This document shows, in pieces, positions 31,905 through 44,653 of a DNA stretch of 55,203 bases. The notes beneath the pieces are model-generated. The model was given only the letters and a program-made list of their open reading frames with translations, had not been told where the DNA came from and made no database searches. The position numbers and the translations under genes were made by a program. This DNA is from Chromera velia. Taxonomy: Eukaryota. The stretch is taken from contig JAHBMJ010000155.1 in the NCBI GenBank assembly GCA_018398765.1, forward strand, positions 1 to 55,203, read 5' to 3'. Within the stretch, counting starts at the first letter, position 1; each line of letters begins with the position of its first letter.

Positions 31905-32923
31905 ATGTTGGTTCTGAGGTATTTAGGCGTCTCTCTTCTGTTTGTGCTTCCGGCTTCCTTCCGTCCACCCCCGCAGAGATGCAGACCCGTATTTCCCTCA
32001 AAGTTGGTGTCTCCTGGCAGCGTAGGAGTGTCGGGAGGTACAGTGTTGAGTGGTGTGGCAGAGCAGACTGAGGGTGTGTCGACAGGTACGGAGACGGCTG
32101 GGAGGAGACGTGAAAGAGTGGCGATAGTCGGTGCCGGGTTCTCAGGTGCCGTGTGTGCTTGGGTGCTTTCGCAAAGCCCTTCTTTCGAGGTAGACGTCAT
32201 CGAGGCAAGCGACGCATGGGGAGGACATATGCTCTACGATAGCATCACCCTGCCTGGATACCAGAACAATATGACGCATCTTGCGTCTCTGTTCAAGGAA
32301 GACGAAGTGTTTCGAAACCATTCTTTGCCGTCTCCAAAAAGAGGAGACGGAGACGGCTTCCGATGTGTGGCCAATGTGGGGGGTCCGCTTCACTTCGGGA
32401 CCTTTTATAACGTGCAGATGATTTTGGATTTTCTGGGCGTGCCCGACAGGCGGGTGGGGGCCTCGGGAGGAGACAAGGACAGCTTCTACATCGTGCACCT
32501 GGCCCGAGGGCGGCAGTATGTCCCGGACGCAACCGAGATTCTCTTCTCGTTGCCTCTCCTTGTCGACATCTTGAAGTTTCTTGTGATCAGCAAAGTGGAG
32601 CCAGATTCAGATTTGGGCTCTTTCTTTGACAGACACACTGAGGGGAGCTCTGGGGGTGGTGAGTCTGAGTCTGGGTCTTTCAAGTGGACTTTTTCCTCTG
32701 AATTCTTCAACCTGCTTCGGTGGTCTCTGAAGGCCTACGAGTTCGACCACAGCGATGAGGACATCATCAGACAACACTCTGTCAAGGCCGCAGCTGCATA
32801 TCTGTATCAGGTCAGTGCATGGGCACTCTGTCGCTCTGTCTTCCACCGCTTGCCCATGCACCCCTTGTGTTCGTCGATCGGTGGGTCTGTCTGTCCTTTC
32901 CTGTCCCTTCCTCTCCCTTCCTT

Positions 32924-32961
<38 letters not shown>

Positions 32962-33655
32962 TGCGCGCGCGCGCGCGCGCCCACGCGCTTGTGTGCTGCC
33001 ATGCTTCCGTCCGTGCGTGAGTTACTGACTGACTTGCTTATTTGATGGCTTCTTCTCGCACGTGCGTCGGCATCATTTCTCACTTTCGGCGCCTTGCACG
33101 CACTTTCTGAATCAGTGTTCAATTCATCGGTCTCTCACATGTACCTCTCTCCCTACCCCCCTACCCCCCCCGCCCTCTGTGCATTCGTGTGTGCGCGCTC
33201 TCTTTCTCTGTGCGCACGCATTTGGGAGCATGTCATCGGCGTGTCACAATGATGAGAGAGAAACTTCGATCTTTCGATCTGTGTCGAATAAATCTGCAGA
33301 CTCTTTTCTTCGTGGTGATCTTCCGAGATCTGTTCAAGTTCTCTTACCCCTCTTGGTTCGCGTCCAGTGGGAGGCAGGCGAACGAGGAGACGCTCTGGAA
33401 GAGGTTGGACGGGAAGTTTCAACGGAAGCTGAAGAATTGGAGGGGGGGCGAAGGGAACGAGACGGGGAGGGAGGGGGAGAAAGAGACGGAAGGAGTGGAG
33501 GAGTCGGAGGGGGTAAGGGAGGGTTCACTTCTTGAGAGATTTCCCTGGCAGCGAACTCGGTCGGTGGGTGTCTTTGTTTCTCTGTCTGTCTCTTTTGACA
33601 ATAAGTCCAGAGAAGGAGAGGAAACGACAGGAAAGAACAATTGCAGGTAGTCTTG

Positions 33656-33691
<36 letters not shown>

Positions 33692-35704
33692 TTTCTTTCT
33701 GCCTGTCTGTCTGTGCGCCTGCTGCTTTGTGCGTGTGCGTGCCGGTCTCCGTCCCTCTGCCTTCCAACTAAAACAAAAAGTTCTGACAGAACGTTTTCAG
33801 TTTCTTGTTCTCTGCAGAGACGACTTCTCATTCCACACGTGTGACCGTCGTGAGATGCTTCGAAGAATGCTGTCGCGGTGTGACAACGTGAGACTGTCCA
33901 CTTCTGTCGCGTCCGTGAGACCAAAGGGAGCACTTCAAGTCAAAAAGGGGCAGAAAGGGGGGAAGCAAGAGAAAGAGAAAGGAACCAGGTCTCTCTTTTC
34001 ACGTTTCCTTTTTAAAGAAAGAGACTCAAAATCAGAGGAGGCGACTGATTTGGACAGTGTAGTGTTATTCGACAAAAATGACAAGGAGATTGGGAGGTAC
34101 GACCGCGTGATCTTGACCACCTCTCCCGCTGTGTCTAAAAAACTTCTGAGGAACGTTCCCGAGTTTGATGGATGGATTGGAAGAGTGAAGGGGGAAGGAA
34201 TGGCCGTTCAATTGGTCCGGCAAAGAGACGTAGCGGAATGGTGGAGACTAAAGGAGACAACAAACAGAGGGGACAGTACCTCCTCCCCCCCTCCTCTCTG
34301 TTTGGAAGATGCGTTTCCATTCTCAGAGAGGGTTTCTCCCCTGGAGAAGGGACACAACTGCAGCGAGTGGCGGTCCTACTACGCGTATGAGATTTCACAT
34401 GTGTCCCCTCCCGGAATTCCAGAGCCAGTCATCGACTGGTCCCTTCCCGTCACCCCTGACGGCATCCCCAAAGATCCCCACCCACCCCCGTGCGCCCTTT
34501 CCCCTTTGTGTCAGCATCAGTGGGAATGGGTGGTGCCCTCTCCTGAGTATTCACAGGGACGGATGGAGACGGCAGATGCCATTCAAGGGACAGGGGGTAT
34601 CTTCTTTACGGGACACTGTGTCAGCGGGGTGATTCGAAACCTGGAGGTGCAGGCACACAACGCATTGGCTCTTTGTGACAGACACTTCGGGACTCTGCCA
34701 CCGTGGCGGTCGGTCAGTTAGTCTGTTTATGCGTGCGTCAGTTGTGACAGACACTTCGGGACTCTGCCATCGTGGGGGTCGGTCAGTCAGCCTGTTTATG
34801 CGTGCGTCAGTTCGGGACTCTGCCACCGTGGGGGTCGGTCAGTCAGCCTGTTTATGCGTGCGTCAGTTGTGACAGACACTTCGGGACTCTGCCACCGTGG
34901 GGGTCAGTCAGTCAGCCTGTTCATGCGTGCGTCAGTTGTGACAGACACTTCGGGACTCTGCCACCGTGGGGGTCGGTCAGTCAGCCTGTTCATGCGTGCG
35001 TCAGTTGTGACAGACACTTCGGAACTCTGCCACCGTGGGGGTCGGTCAGTTAGTCAGTCGAGACAGACAGATAGATGGATGCATGATGTTACAGAGCAGC
35101 TCTGCGTCGAAGCTCCGGTGGAAGCGATGCGTGTCCACTTATGTGTGTGGTCTCCCAGCGCGCTCTCTCTCTCTCACACACACACACACAAAGAGAGAGA
35201 ATCAATGAAAATATTCTTGGCTACGTGTGTGCGTCTGTGCGAGTGTGTGTGTGTGCGTGTGTGCGTGCGTATGTTTCTTGGAGTTGACTGATTCTTTGTC
35301 TCAATTCTCTTGGTCGTTTACGCATCGTTTGCCATTCTGTCTGATTTCTGCAACAGCGGCTCTACAGACAGTCTCTCTTGGCCTCCTCATCCGCCAGCCA
35401 CTCGCTGGCTCCCTTGCGCGTTCCTCTCTCTCTCCTTCACTCTCTCTCTCTCTGTCTCTGCCTCTCTCTCTGTCTCGCTGTCTCTGTCTCTCTGTCTCTG
35501 TCTCTCTGTCCCTATCTCTATCTCTGTCTCTTTCTGTCTCTGTCTCTTTCTGTCTCTGTCTCTGTCTCTTTCTGTCTCTGTCTCTTTCTGTCTCTGTCTC
35601 TTTCTGTCTCTGTCTCGTTCTGTCTCTGTCTCTTTCTGTCTCTGTCTCTTTCTGTCTCTCTGTCTCTCTGTCTCTTTCTGTCTCTCTGTCTCTCTGTCTC
35701 TCTG

Positions 35705-35751
<47 letters not shown>

Positions 35752-36420
35752 TTCTCTGTCTGTAGGTCTTTGTCCGTAGCTCTCGCTCTCTGTAGCTCTT
35801 TCTGAGTGTGCTTGTGTGCGCGCTGTAGGTACAGACGATTCTGCTGCCCTTGGCTCCACTTAAGTTCCTTGCTTCGTTTCTGTCCCTCCTCCTGGGTTTT
35901 ACTCTGCTGCCTCCCTTCATGCCAGCTGCATACCTCCATTTTGCTCCACCGCCTTGCCTTAATTCTCTGTCCCTCCTTTAGCTAGGCCGCCTTCCCTCCC
36001 CTCCCCTCTATTTCTTCGATGAATTCTCTCGGCATGCGTAGGTGGCTCGGCGAATTTATCTGTCTGCATGATGCCGATGCGCATGAACGTGCGTGCTTGC
36101 ATGCATGCATGCCTGTGCATTCAATTCTTCTGGCTTCCGTGTGTTTCAATTCTTGCAGCTACTTTCTGCCCCTCACTCCGGTGTCTGACGAGCGGCGCTG
36201 GCTTGCGACTGTGCCTCTGCCTGAGGCCGTTGCGGGCAGCCTGAAGGAGTGGGTCGACCTTGTTTCGTGCCTCGCGATCGGCTTGGGCACTCGTTTTGTG
36301 CGCAGTCTTGAGGGGAAAGGAGGTGGGATGGCCCAGCGTAGCGCGGGAACTCGTGAGAAGAGACTGTGGAGACCCTCAATGAAAGAATCTCGAGATTTGC
36401 GTCCATTGTTACGACGCTAG
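31905..36420 (+). CDS. FAD-dependent oxidoreductase (flavin amine oxidase superfamily) with a signal peptide and probable plastid transit peptide
   Basis: Exons 31905-32810, 33300-33559, 33818-34708, 36159-36420. Rossmann motif VAIVGAGFSG..VIEASDAWGGH and C-terminal GIFFTGH. Leader MLVLRYLGVSLLFVLPAS|FRPPP. Confidence 0.8.
34673..35057 (+). repeat. 69-bp tandem repeat (6 copies, one partial) spanning an exon 3' end and its splice donor
   Basis: TTGTGACAGACACTTCGG occurs at 34673, 34742, 34867, 34936 and 35005; a truncated unit lies near 34811. Confidence 0.9.
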
Positions 36421-38023
36421 CTGAAGGCATCCAGATATGGTGACATCATATATATGTTTTTCTCACCAAAGAACCGCCATATATGGCACTGTCTTTTCGT
36501 TCTAGTTTTCCAGAGTCACCTTAAAAGAAAAAATGCGGCCACATCAATTTACTTTGTATTGGTATTTCAATAGTTTGCTGCTAGTTGCACCAATTTTAGT
36601 GTTATGTGGACTGTTTCGTATTAGACGTATAACGTTTGGGGGTTAATTTAATAAATAGTATACTACTATTACTAATAGAAATAGCTGCTCTAGCGTTATA
36701 GAGTCTAGGTTAGAGTCTAAGTTAGAGTTTTATTAGATTCAAAGTTTTCTATTACTGTAAGAGATCAATCGATTTCTAGATCGATCTCGAATTTTGAATT
36801 AAAAAATTTGATTGAACGAAAAGCTAGACGAAAAGCTAGAAAAAAAATTAAGGTCACTTTCTAGGGCAGCATATAAGCCTGGGCATAGGCAGCGATTTTG
36901 ATTGAGTTAACTCATTGAACTTAAAGCCATATACATTGATTCGAACGCCTCCACTGGCCCCCTATGCAGGCTAAGGCAGGCTTGGAGTCTTGGACGTTGC
37001 TTCGAGCCTCCTTAATCTTAAATTCTGACTGAATGAATGGTTCGTTTTCAGAGAAAGAAGGTAAGCTGATGAAACATGTAAAGCAGCTAAGGACATCAAG
37101 GCTCTAAATTCTCGATTGAACGCGCGCATGAACACTAACGAATGCCGCCATATTGCAAAGTGTTGCGGTATCAATTGCCAGCTAGGAGTGAGAGATGGGA
37201 CAGACGTACGTGTCATGCAGCCTGAGGTGGGTGCTTGCAAGATGATGATTGATGTCAGTCGATGGCTGCCAGCGATGCATGCATGGTGTGAGAGGCGAAC
37301 CAGAACAAGACGAGCAGACGGCGTTGGACATGCAGCGAGTCAGTCAGTGAGCGTTGAATGCATCGTGCCCATATATGTCCCTTAATTTCTTCGCTTTCCA
37401 CCGCAAAGGTCATCATGAGCATCTGACTGATCGAATGGGCATCTGACGCTTTTTTGCCCCCCCCTCCCCCCCCTCTCTCAGTCCACATGACTCGTTGTTG
37501 TATGGAGTTGCCGTGTAGGATGAGCAAAATTAACGCATGAAGAAAGACATCATTGCAGAACTGGTACAGGATGGATGTACGAGTGAACGAATGATCACGC
37601 GAAGGAACAGCGAAGAAAAAGAAGGCACTCAATTGATGCCAAATTGCTCTTTGAGAAATTCAGGCTCGACACCCTCAACACAATTCACTCACTCCTTCCC
37701 GAGCTTTTGCCCCTTATGCTCTCTCCCCTTATCCGGATGCTGACGGATGCATAGAAGAATCGTTACAGCGTTGTGTTTTTTTCTCTGCATGATGCTCTTC
37801 TCTTGATGGATTCTTTCGATCCACTTTCTCTCTCTCGCTCTTTCTTCATGGTCCCGACTTCGTGTGCGTGATTCAACGTAAAAAGAACCTCCCGAAAAAG
37901 CTATTTTGACCGCTCCCCCATGAGGCGCTCTGATGCTTGAAACATGACATGATTCATTCTCACATCCACGAGAATATCAGTCAAAACGTCTGTATTCTCA
38001 CTGGCAGGACGAAAGACAGCCGG

Positions 38024-41000
38024 CTACCGAGCCCCCTCATGCGGCGCCTCGTATGGGTTCGCCATGAAGTCCGCAATGGCCTGGAGCTGGCTCTGCAGGT
38101 ACAGCGACACCCTCGACGCCCTCCCCGGCCCCCCCCCTGCTGCAGCTGCTGGGACCATTGCCTGGCCCTCAGCCGCATCCTCCCAGTCGGTTCCGATTTG
38201 GTTCTCAAGCTCTTCTGCCAGCAGACGGAGGTGCTGCAGAGAGTACGTATATATGTTTGTATGTATGTATGTATGTATGTATGAAAATTAATACACACTC
38301 AAGCTCTTCTGCCAGCAGACGGAGGTGCTGCAGGGAGAGAATGGGGAAGACGGTAGGAGTGAACCAGCCGGTAGGAAGGGAAGAAGGAAGGGAACGACGT
38401 TTGTTTTTGGGGGGGGGGTGAAGAAAAGGCGAAAGACACACGATTATGTTTCCAGAAAAAATACAGCAAACCCAATCATCTCGATTCCTCACATTCTCGC
38501 ACGTACCCAGTGAGTGCACTTACTTGCACCCTTCTCCTCAACCCTCAACACTTACTTGCACCCTTCTCCTCATCTGTCTGACCTCTCTATGAGCCGCCAG
38601 GATCCCGTCCCTCCACCGTCGGCAGACCGAACGTGCTCTGGACAGCTCTTCAGGAGACAGGTAGCACAGGCCCCCTCGAGGTCCCGCCTTCGTTGTCCAT
38701 CCCAGAATGACCAGACGGCCCTCTCCAGAGAGACGCACCAACTCGCTGTCCTCCTCCTCTCCTGGGGCGACGGCAAAGGAGAGACCCCGCGTGCTGCCTC
38801 CCTCGGGGTTCGGGAGGTTGTCGTAGGGCCTGCACGAAAGCACATCAGGCATGCCCATGCACAGGCAGGCACGTGAACACGAAAGCACATCTTTCATGCA
38901 GTGTGCTCACCGCATGCCCACACACCTTCTTGTTGTTGTCGGTCTATCTGTCGGGCTGTCTGTGCAGTACAACAGGCAGCAGGCCCTTTCTTTCGTCACT
39001 TCGACAGGACAATTAAATGAAACGCTCTCACATGCCTTCGTCTTGTCTTCCCAAAACAAGACAGACAGAGCGAATTCAGTGCGATGATCATTAATTTCCT
39101 TCCGTCGTACCTTTCCTGAGGTTCCCGGGGAGAGATGGTGTTGCACCTCAGCAGTTGGTTCATCGCCTGTAGCTGTGCCTTTCTCGTCTGAATCTCGTGG
39201 TGCAGCTCTGCCGCCTTCTGGAAGGCCTTCAGAAAGTCAACGATCAAAACGCCCCAAGCGCCACTCGTCTGCTTGCACTCATTCAAGAACGAACACTCGG
39301 TAGGCGAGTCACACACTCACATACAAATGTGATTGCGCGCTCTTTCACTTTTTCCCGTACTCTTTTACTCTCTCAATTAGAACATGGGGGAAGAAACGAG
39401 CAGAAAAACACAAAACGCCTGTAGGTCTGCCTCTTCCCCCCTTCCCTTCAGCGAGAGGATTTCGTTTTCTTTTGAAACCCCAGAAGTCCCTCACAGAAAG
39501 AAAGTGCGTACGAAGCCCTCCCGTCCTTGACAGAACATACTTGTCCCTCCTGTGTCCATATTTGTTCCCTTCTTGAAGGCAGACCGTCTCCCGAACAGGG
39601 GGCAATATTCTTACCTGGCATCAATCTGACAGTATTCTCGTCTGCCGTAAGAATGATCATTCATTGTGAGAATTTCCCATCAACAAGCTCACCTGCATTG
39701 CTGTTCCCTTCTCAAAGGCAGACGCCCGGTTCCGAATGAGCATGCCCAGCTGCACAGAGCCGTTCCGAGTTAACTCAGAGGGACTAGCCGTCACCAGGGA
39801 TCTGCACAAGCAAGCAAGCAAGCAAGCAAGCATGGATGGATGGGTTGGCTTTTTTCTGTGGGTCATTTTGTTAAACCAGTGAATGTCCTTTCGTTCTCTG
39901 CCCCCCCTCTCTCTTCAGATTGCATGCAATTCGATGAGATTCCTCTCATTTTTTCTGCGGATCGGGCAATTTTTCAGTAAATGTGTTCGTCATCTGTCTT
40001 CCGCTGATGATCGAAAGAAACTTGTGTTCAAACATCTATGTGACGCTTATCTGTGCATTGCTTGGCTGGCGCACTGTAAGGGGAAAGGTACACAGGGAAA
40101 GGAAAAAAACTGTATCTTCTCCAGACAGCGAAAAGAACGCACGAGCAAAGTGAACGGGACGAAAGAAGCAAGAAAGAAACTGACGGAGAAAGACATCCTA
40201 CTAGGGCACACGTTCTCCTCAATCATTAACTCATCTACCCCCCTCCCACTTTCTGTCTCACTCGATGCGACCAAACCAAAGCCCTCGTCTCCCCCCCCAC
40301 CTCCGACAAAACAGAAAATCCAGCTACCTGTATCCCTCATCAGTCTTCGTCAGCCTCTGAAAGAGTTGCCAGAGGCCCAACGAGCTGGCGGGAGTGTAAA
40401 TGCCAGCAGCCAGCAGAAGTGCTCTGCAGACATGGAGCGCCTGGGCTGCACGGATGGAGAGAGGAGAGAAACAATCAGGGAAAGAATTATAACGTGCTCA
40501 TGAACACTCATACATTCCTCCGTACCCTCTCTCACTGAGTAGTTCATTGACGATCCCTCTTCGCTGTCTCGCTTCCGAACTTCCTCTGAATATATACTGA
40601 TGACATCTGTTCACAAACAGTCTATCTATCTATTTTTATTTTCTGTACGTGCACACACATGCATGTCCATAGGGACACAGATGCCTTCCGGCCCCACTGA
40701 CTCACTCACTTACTGACGGTTTGGTTTCTCTGTCTGTCGGAACTCGCGGAAAGCCTTCAGTGCCTCCTCTCCTGCTGCGATCTCCGTCAGTTCAGGCAGA
40801 AGTTTCCCCACCTCCCCCTCTTCGTGTTCCATCAGCTCCACCTCCTCCGTGCACATCTGGGCTCGGGGAGCGACAGCCTGAAAGAATGGAAACACGCGCA
40901 AGCAAAGAAAAGTATTTACAGAGAGAACGATAGAAGAGAGAAGAGGAGACGTGCAGTTCGATCGATCAATGAACGCACAAACGTACAAGTAAGGAGAGGC

Positions 41001-43313
41001 ACCAGTTCCCCTTTTGGGCGAAAGCCTTCACGTTGGCGGGGGCGACAAGACCAACAAGAACAAATAGGAAACTGTGGATGTATTCTTTTTCAGGAATGAA
41101 TCCATACACGGGGGTGACGAGACCAGCAAGAACAAATAGGAAACTGTGCATGTATGGATTCATTTTCATACAGAATTCTTTTTCAGGAACGAATCCATAC
41201 ATGGGGGCGACGAGACCAACAAGAACAGGAAACGCAGATGGAAGGGAGGAAACGAAGAGGTAGCCATGCATGAGGAAGCGAGTCAGGGTGCCAAAAGAGT
41301 ATCGAGGGGAAAAGGAGATGTCCCTTCTCTTGATGATTTTTTGGTCCGCCGGTTTTTGTCCCATTGCGTTCCCATAAATGCCCAAAGGTTGTTGGGCTGC
41401 TTGTTGTGCCTTTTCGTTCGACAGCCTGATGAACGGGGGACACATGCATGCATGATGTACCATTTCGTTCTTTCAGCTGCCTGACCTTTTTGTTTGCCTC
41501 CGGGATCCCCGTTCTCCAGCCTTTGCAGACAGCTGTGCATTTGATGAGTTCCTTCTCGTTGAGGAAGCAGAGGAGCGGCTGTTTTGGGGCCATGTCATCT
41601 GGGAGACGTTCGTGGAGGCCGACTGCCATCAGGGGAGACGGGCCGGGCTGCCCCCATCTTCTGTGGTGAAGAAATCTGCTGCCCTTGTTTTGCATGGCTC
41701 TGGTGGAGGCGGTAGATCTCTGCTGGTTGGATGTGGGAGAAGAGGCAGAAGCAGAAGAAGAAGAAGAGGAAGAAGACGCATTGGTACTTCCTTTCTCTTT
41801 CGGCTGCCTCTGCTGGGATGACCGGAGAGTGCTCTGATGCTCCAATCCGCTCTTCCCCTTCTCCTTCTTCTTCTGTTGCGTGGTGGCGGACTCTGAGGAC
41901 TTCTGCTGCCACTCCTCCAGTCCCTTCCTCGTTGCAGAGGCAACCAGAGAGTCCGCAAAGGCAACTCGGGAGCCCACCTGCGTGCGTCAGCAGAAACACT
42001 TAAATGGAAAGTTTGTGAAGTGAAGGCGCGACTTGTGTCCACTCGATGTGGAACCGAAAAAGTATGGCACAGGAGGAAGAAGAAGAAGAAGAAGAAGACG
42101 AAGAAGAAGAAGACGAAGAAGAAGAAGAACTTCATAAGGACCGGACAGAAACACCCACGCAAAACAAGAAGGGAAACACGATGACACACGCAAACCACAC
42201 ATGCATCAACCGACCCTGCTGTATTTTTTGACGATAGATTTCGGTCTGTTTGGAAGTGCCGGCGCCTCCATTTCTTCTCCTTTGCCCTCCGGGTCGAATG
42301 AAACCGAGAAGGGGGGGCGTGTGTCTGTCTGTTCCTCCGCATCAGCTTCCCCTTCCCCCTCCATCTCCTTCTCTTTCTGCTGTCTCGCCTCCCTGAGCGA
42401 CTTCCGAGATAACGACCTCTCCAGAGTGTGTCTCCCTGCCTCGGGGTTCGGAGGCGATTCGTTGTTGGGCGTTCGGATGTTTTCCCAATCTGAGGGGTCG
42501 GCCTCCGACCTTTCGGACCTGTTCAATGTCTTCCGGCTCTCGCTCCGTGCGAGCGTGTGTCTGCCTGCAAGGAACTTCAGAGGTCTTCTCGGGGGGGTGG
42601 CGGGGTTCTCCTCAGGGCAGTGGACGGTATTGCAGTAGTAGCCTAGTTTGTGGACGTTGAACGCCGTCTCTCCAGGGTACTTTCCCATCGAAAACCTCGG
42701 CAATGTCGGTTTGTTTCTTGCCCCCCCCCTGAAGAAGGGAAGCCTGTGTTGTCCCTCCATGCCGACGAAGAACCTGTTCAGGCTCAGACTCGCATTCACA
42801 GGAAGGAGAGGATGCACCCGGTTCGATGCCAAGCGAGCTGCAGAGGGAAGAAGAAAGGTGTAGCGATAGGGAGAGTCCAAAAATAAGGAGGGCTGTGTGG
42901 CTTGTTTGATCCATGTCGGTCCGACTGTCGGAAAAGAAGATCGAGCCAGCCGGGCACTGACGCATCTATGTGATGTACTGTATGCACTACTCTGCTCGAT
43001 CGGGAGGAAGGTTAAGAGAAATTTACGTTGAGAGGGGGAGCCCGAGCTCAAGGAGAGAAATAAAAGAGGGTCTGTCGACCACCTACTGGATCTGAAAGAA
43101 GAGAAAAGGAAAAGAAGCAAAAATGACTGACCTGCAAGAAGGCCGCTCGGATCTTCTCCCTGCACACAAACAATCAAACGCGCGGAGGACGTACACGCAC
43201 GCACTCACTTCGACCTGCCCCTAGAAAACTCACTCCCCGCATCCATTTTCGCTTACCTCCTCAGGGAACGCCTGGTGTCGCGTTGCAAGGGGGCTGCTGG
43301 GTCTGGACATCAT
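38024..43313 (-). CDS. Protein with two F-box-like motifs flanking a dynein stalk/MTBD-like segment (10 exons)
   Basis: Exons 43313-43257, 43159-43132, 42837-42215, 41977-41486, 40877-40718, 40445-40328, 39801-39693, 39268-39147, 38829-38583, 38233-38024 are all phase-consistent. Motifs LLCFLNEKELIKCTAVCKGWR and LCYLSPEELSRARSVCRRWR. Confidence 0.7.
38204..38333. repeat. 36-bp exact duplication of a splice acceptor plus exon start around a 58-bp (ATAC)n-containing insert
   Basis: CTCAAGCTC...GCTGCAG at 38204-38239 and 38298-38333. Confidence 0.85.
41038..41227. repeat. 25-bp triplicated sequence separated by related inserts, one with a perfect 12-bp inverted repeat
   Basis: Units at 41038, 41110 and 41203. 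ATGTATGGATTC (41150) pairs with GAATCCATACAT (41191). Confidence 0.8.
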
Positions 43314-43857
43314 GGCTGCCTGCCAGATCGAGAGGATCGAAGATTTTTTGGCCGTCTACGTGTCTCTCTTCACGGCAAACGATCGGACGCAGGGATTCGA
43401 TCACCAGTTTCCGTCAGTCACACAGTCATACATCACAGTCAAGAGTTTGGGTGGGTGGGAACGGACCCTACGAAGCGACCTCAGTGCATGGAGAGTCTGA
43501 TGGAGCTGGTCTCACTTGCATGCACCATGCAAGCAACTAATTCTGCTTGCGCACGCTTGCCATCCGGGGCCGACTGACAGGCACTGCAGGGGCGGCGCAC
43601 TGGTTGCACCGCAAGGGACGAGGCTGACCCGCGACGCACACAAACAGACACAATCCAGACGTTAGGTATGAACCAGGGTGGCTCATAACAATATGTGCTA
43701 GGATCTCCACTATAAGGTCGATCGACCTTTACTAGTAATGACCAACTAGATATATTGAAAATCAATTTAAAATATTAATGCAATTTAATGCTGTGTATAT
43801 GTATTTTCATTTAGATAATAACAGAAAGTTCCATAAAGATATCCATACACTCATGAT

Positions 43858-44653
43858 CGTAAGGAGGTAACTCCTCTTCTCCTAAGTGAGCGCACTTAGT
43901 TCGGTTAGATCTCTACTACGGAAAGTCTGTCAGTTCAAGGTTCACTTCCAAACTGCTTCTAGAAGCTTTGCAAGCAAGTGTTGTTTACTCAATCTAGGCT
44001 ATACGCAGCTAACTGAATTAATTCCATTTTATTTCTATTTTATTTATTTCTCTTCTAATACAGACTGGCATAGCGGCGCCTCCATGAGCCTGCGTGTATG
44101 TATTAGTTTCTAAGCTGCGGGCGTCCCATGCGACGGCGGTGCGCGTTAGTTCGGCTCACCCCGGGATTGGCCGGTCCCGTGGCTTGCCTCACTATATTAC
44201 GTGTCCCTCCCCCTTAGAGACACCCTTCAACCCACATGCGGCCCGACCTCTCCGCCACCACCCACACACCATGCACACTCCCGCCGCCCAACTCAACCAA
44301 CCTCACGACATATGTCCTACGTGCTCTGTCCTTCTTCTCGGCTTTTCTGCGGTTAACTGCCAACCAAAATTGACCATACAATTCCTGTCCATTCACTTTG
44401 ATCATCGCTTAAATTCTTCGATTTTTTCTTTTACATTTCAGAGGTGGGAGGCTGGCTCCCACGACGCTTCACTCTCAAGGAACCCCACCCATTGCATATG
44501 CTATTGGGTTCCTCTGCCTCTTCCCTGAACACCAAGGACCTTTTCGACTTTATACTCTTTGTCGACCCAGAAAGGCAATCGGACGGCCGGACGGCCCTGT
44601 CCTTCGTGGCAGTACAGCTTGCACAGCAACGTGTGCATATATGGGGGTCTTTG
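43858..44653 (-). mobile_element. Chromovirus (Ty3/Gypsy) 3' fragment, copy 1: chromodomain, PPT and 344-bp LTR (43858-44201)
   Basis: Near-identical to 45459-46165. PPT AAGGGGGAGGGA precedes the LTR on the minus strand. A chromodomain remnant is present. Confidence 0.85.
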
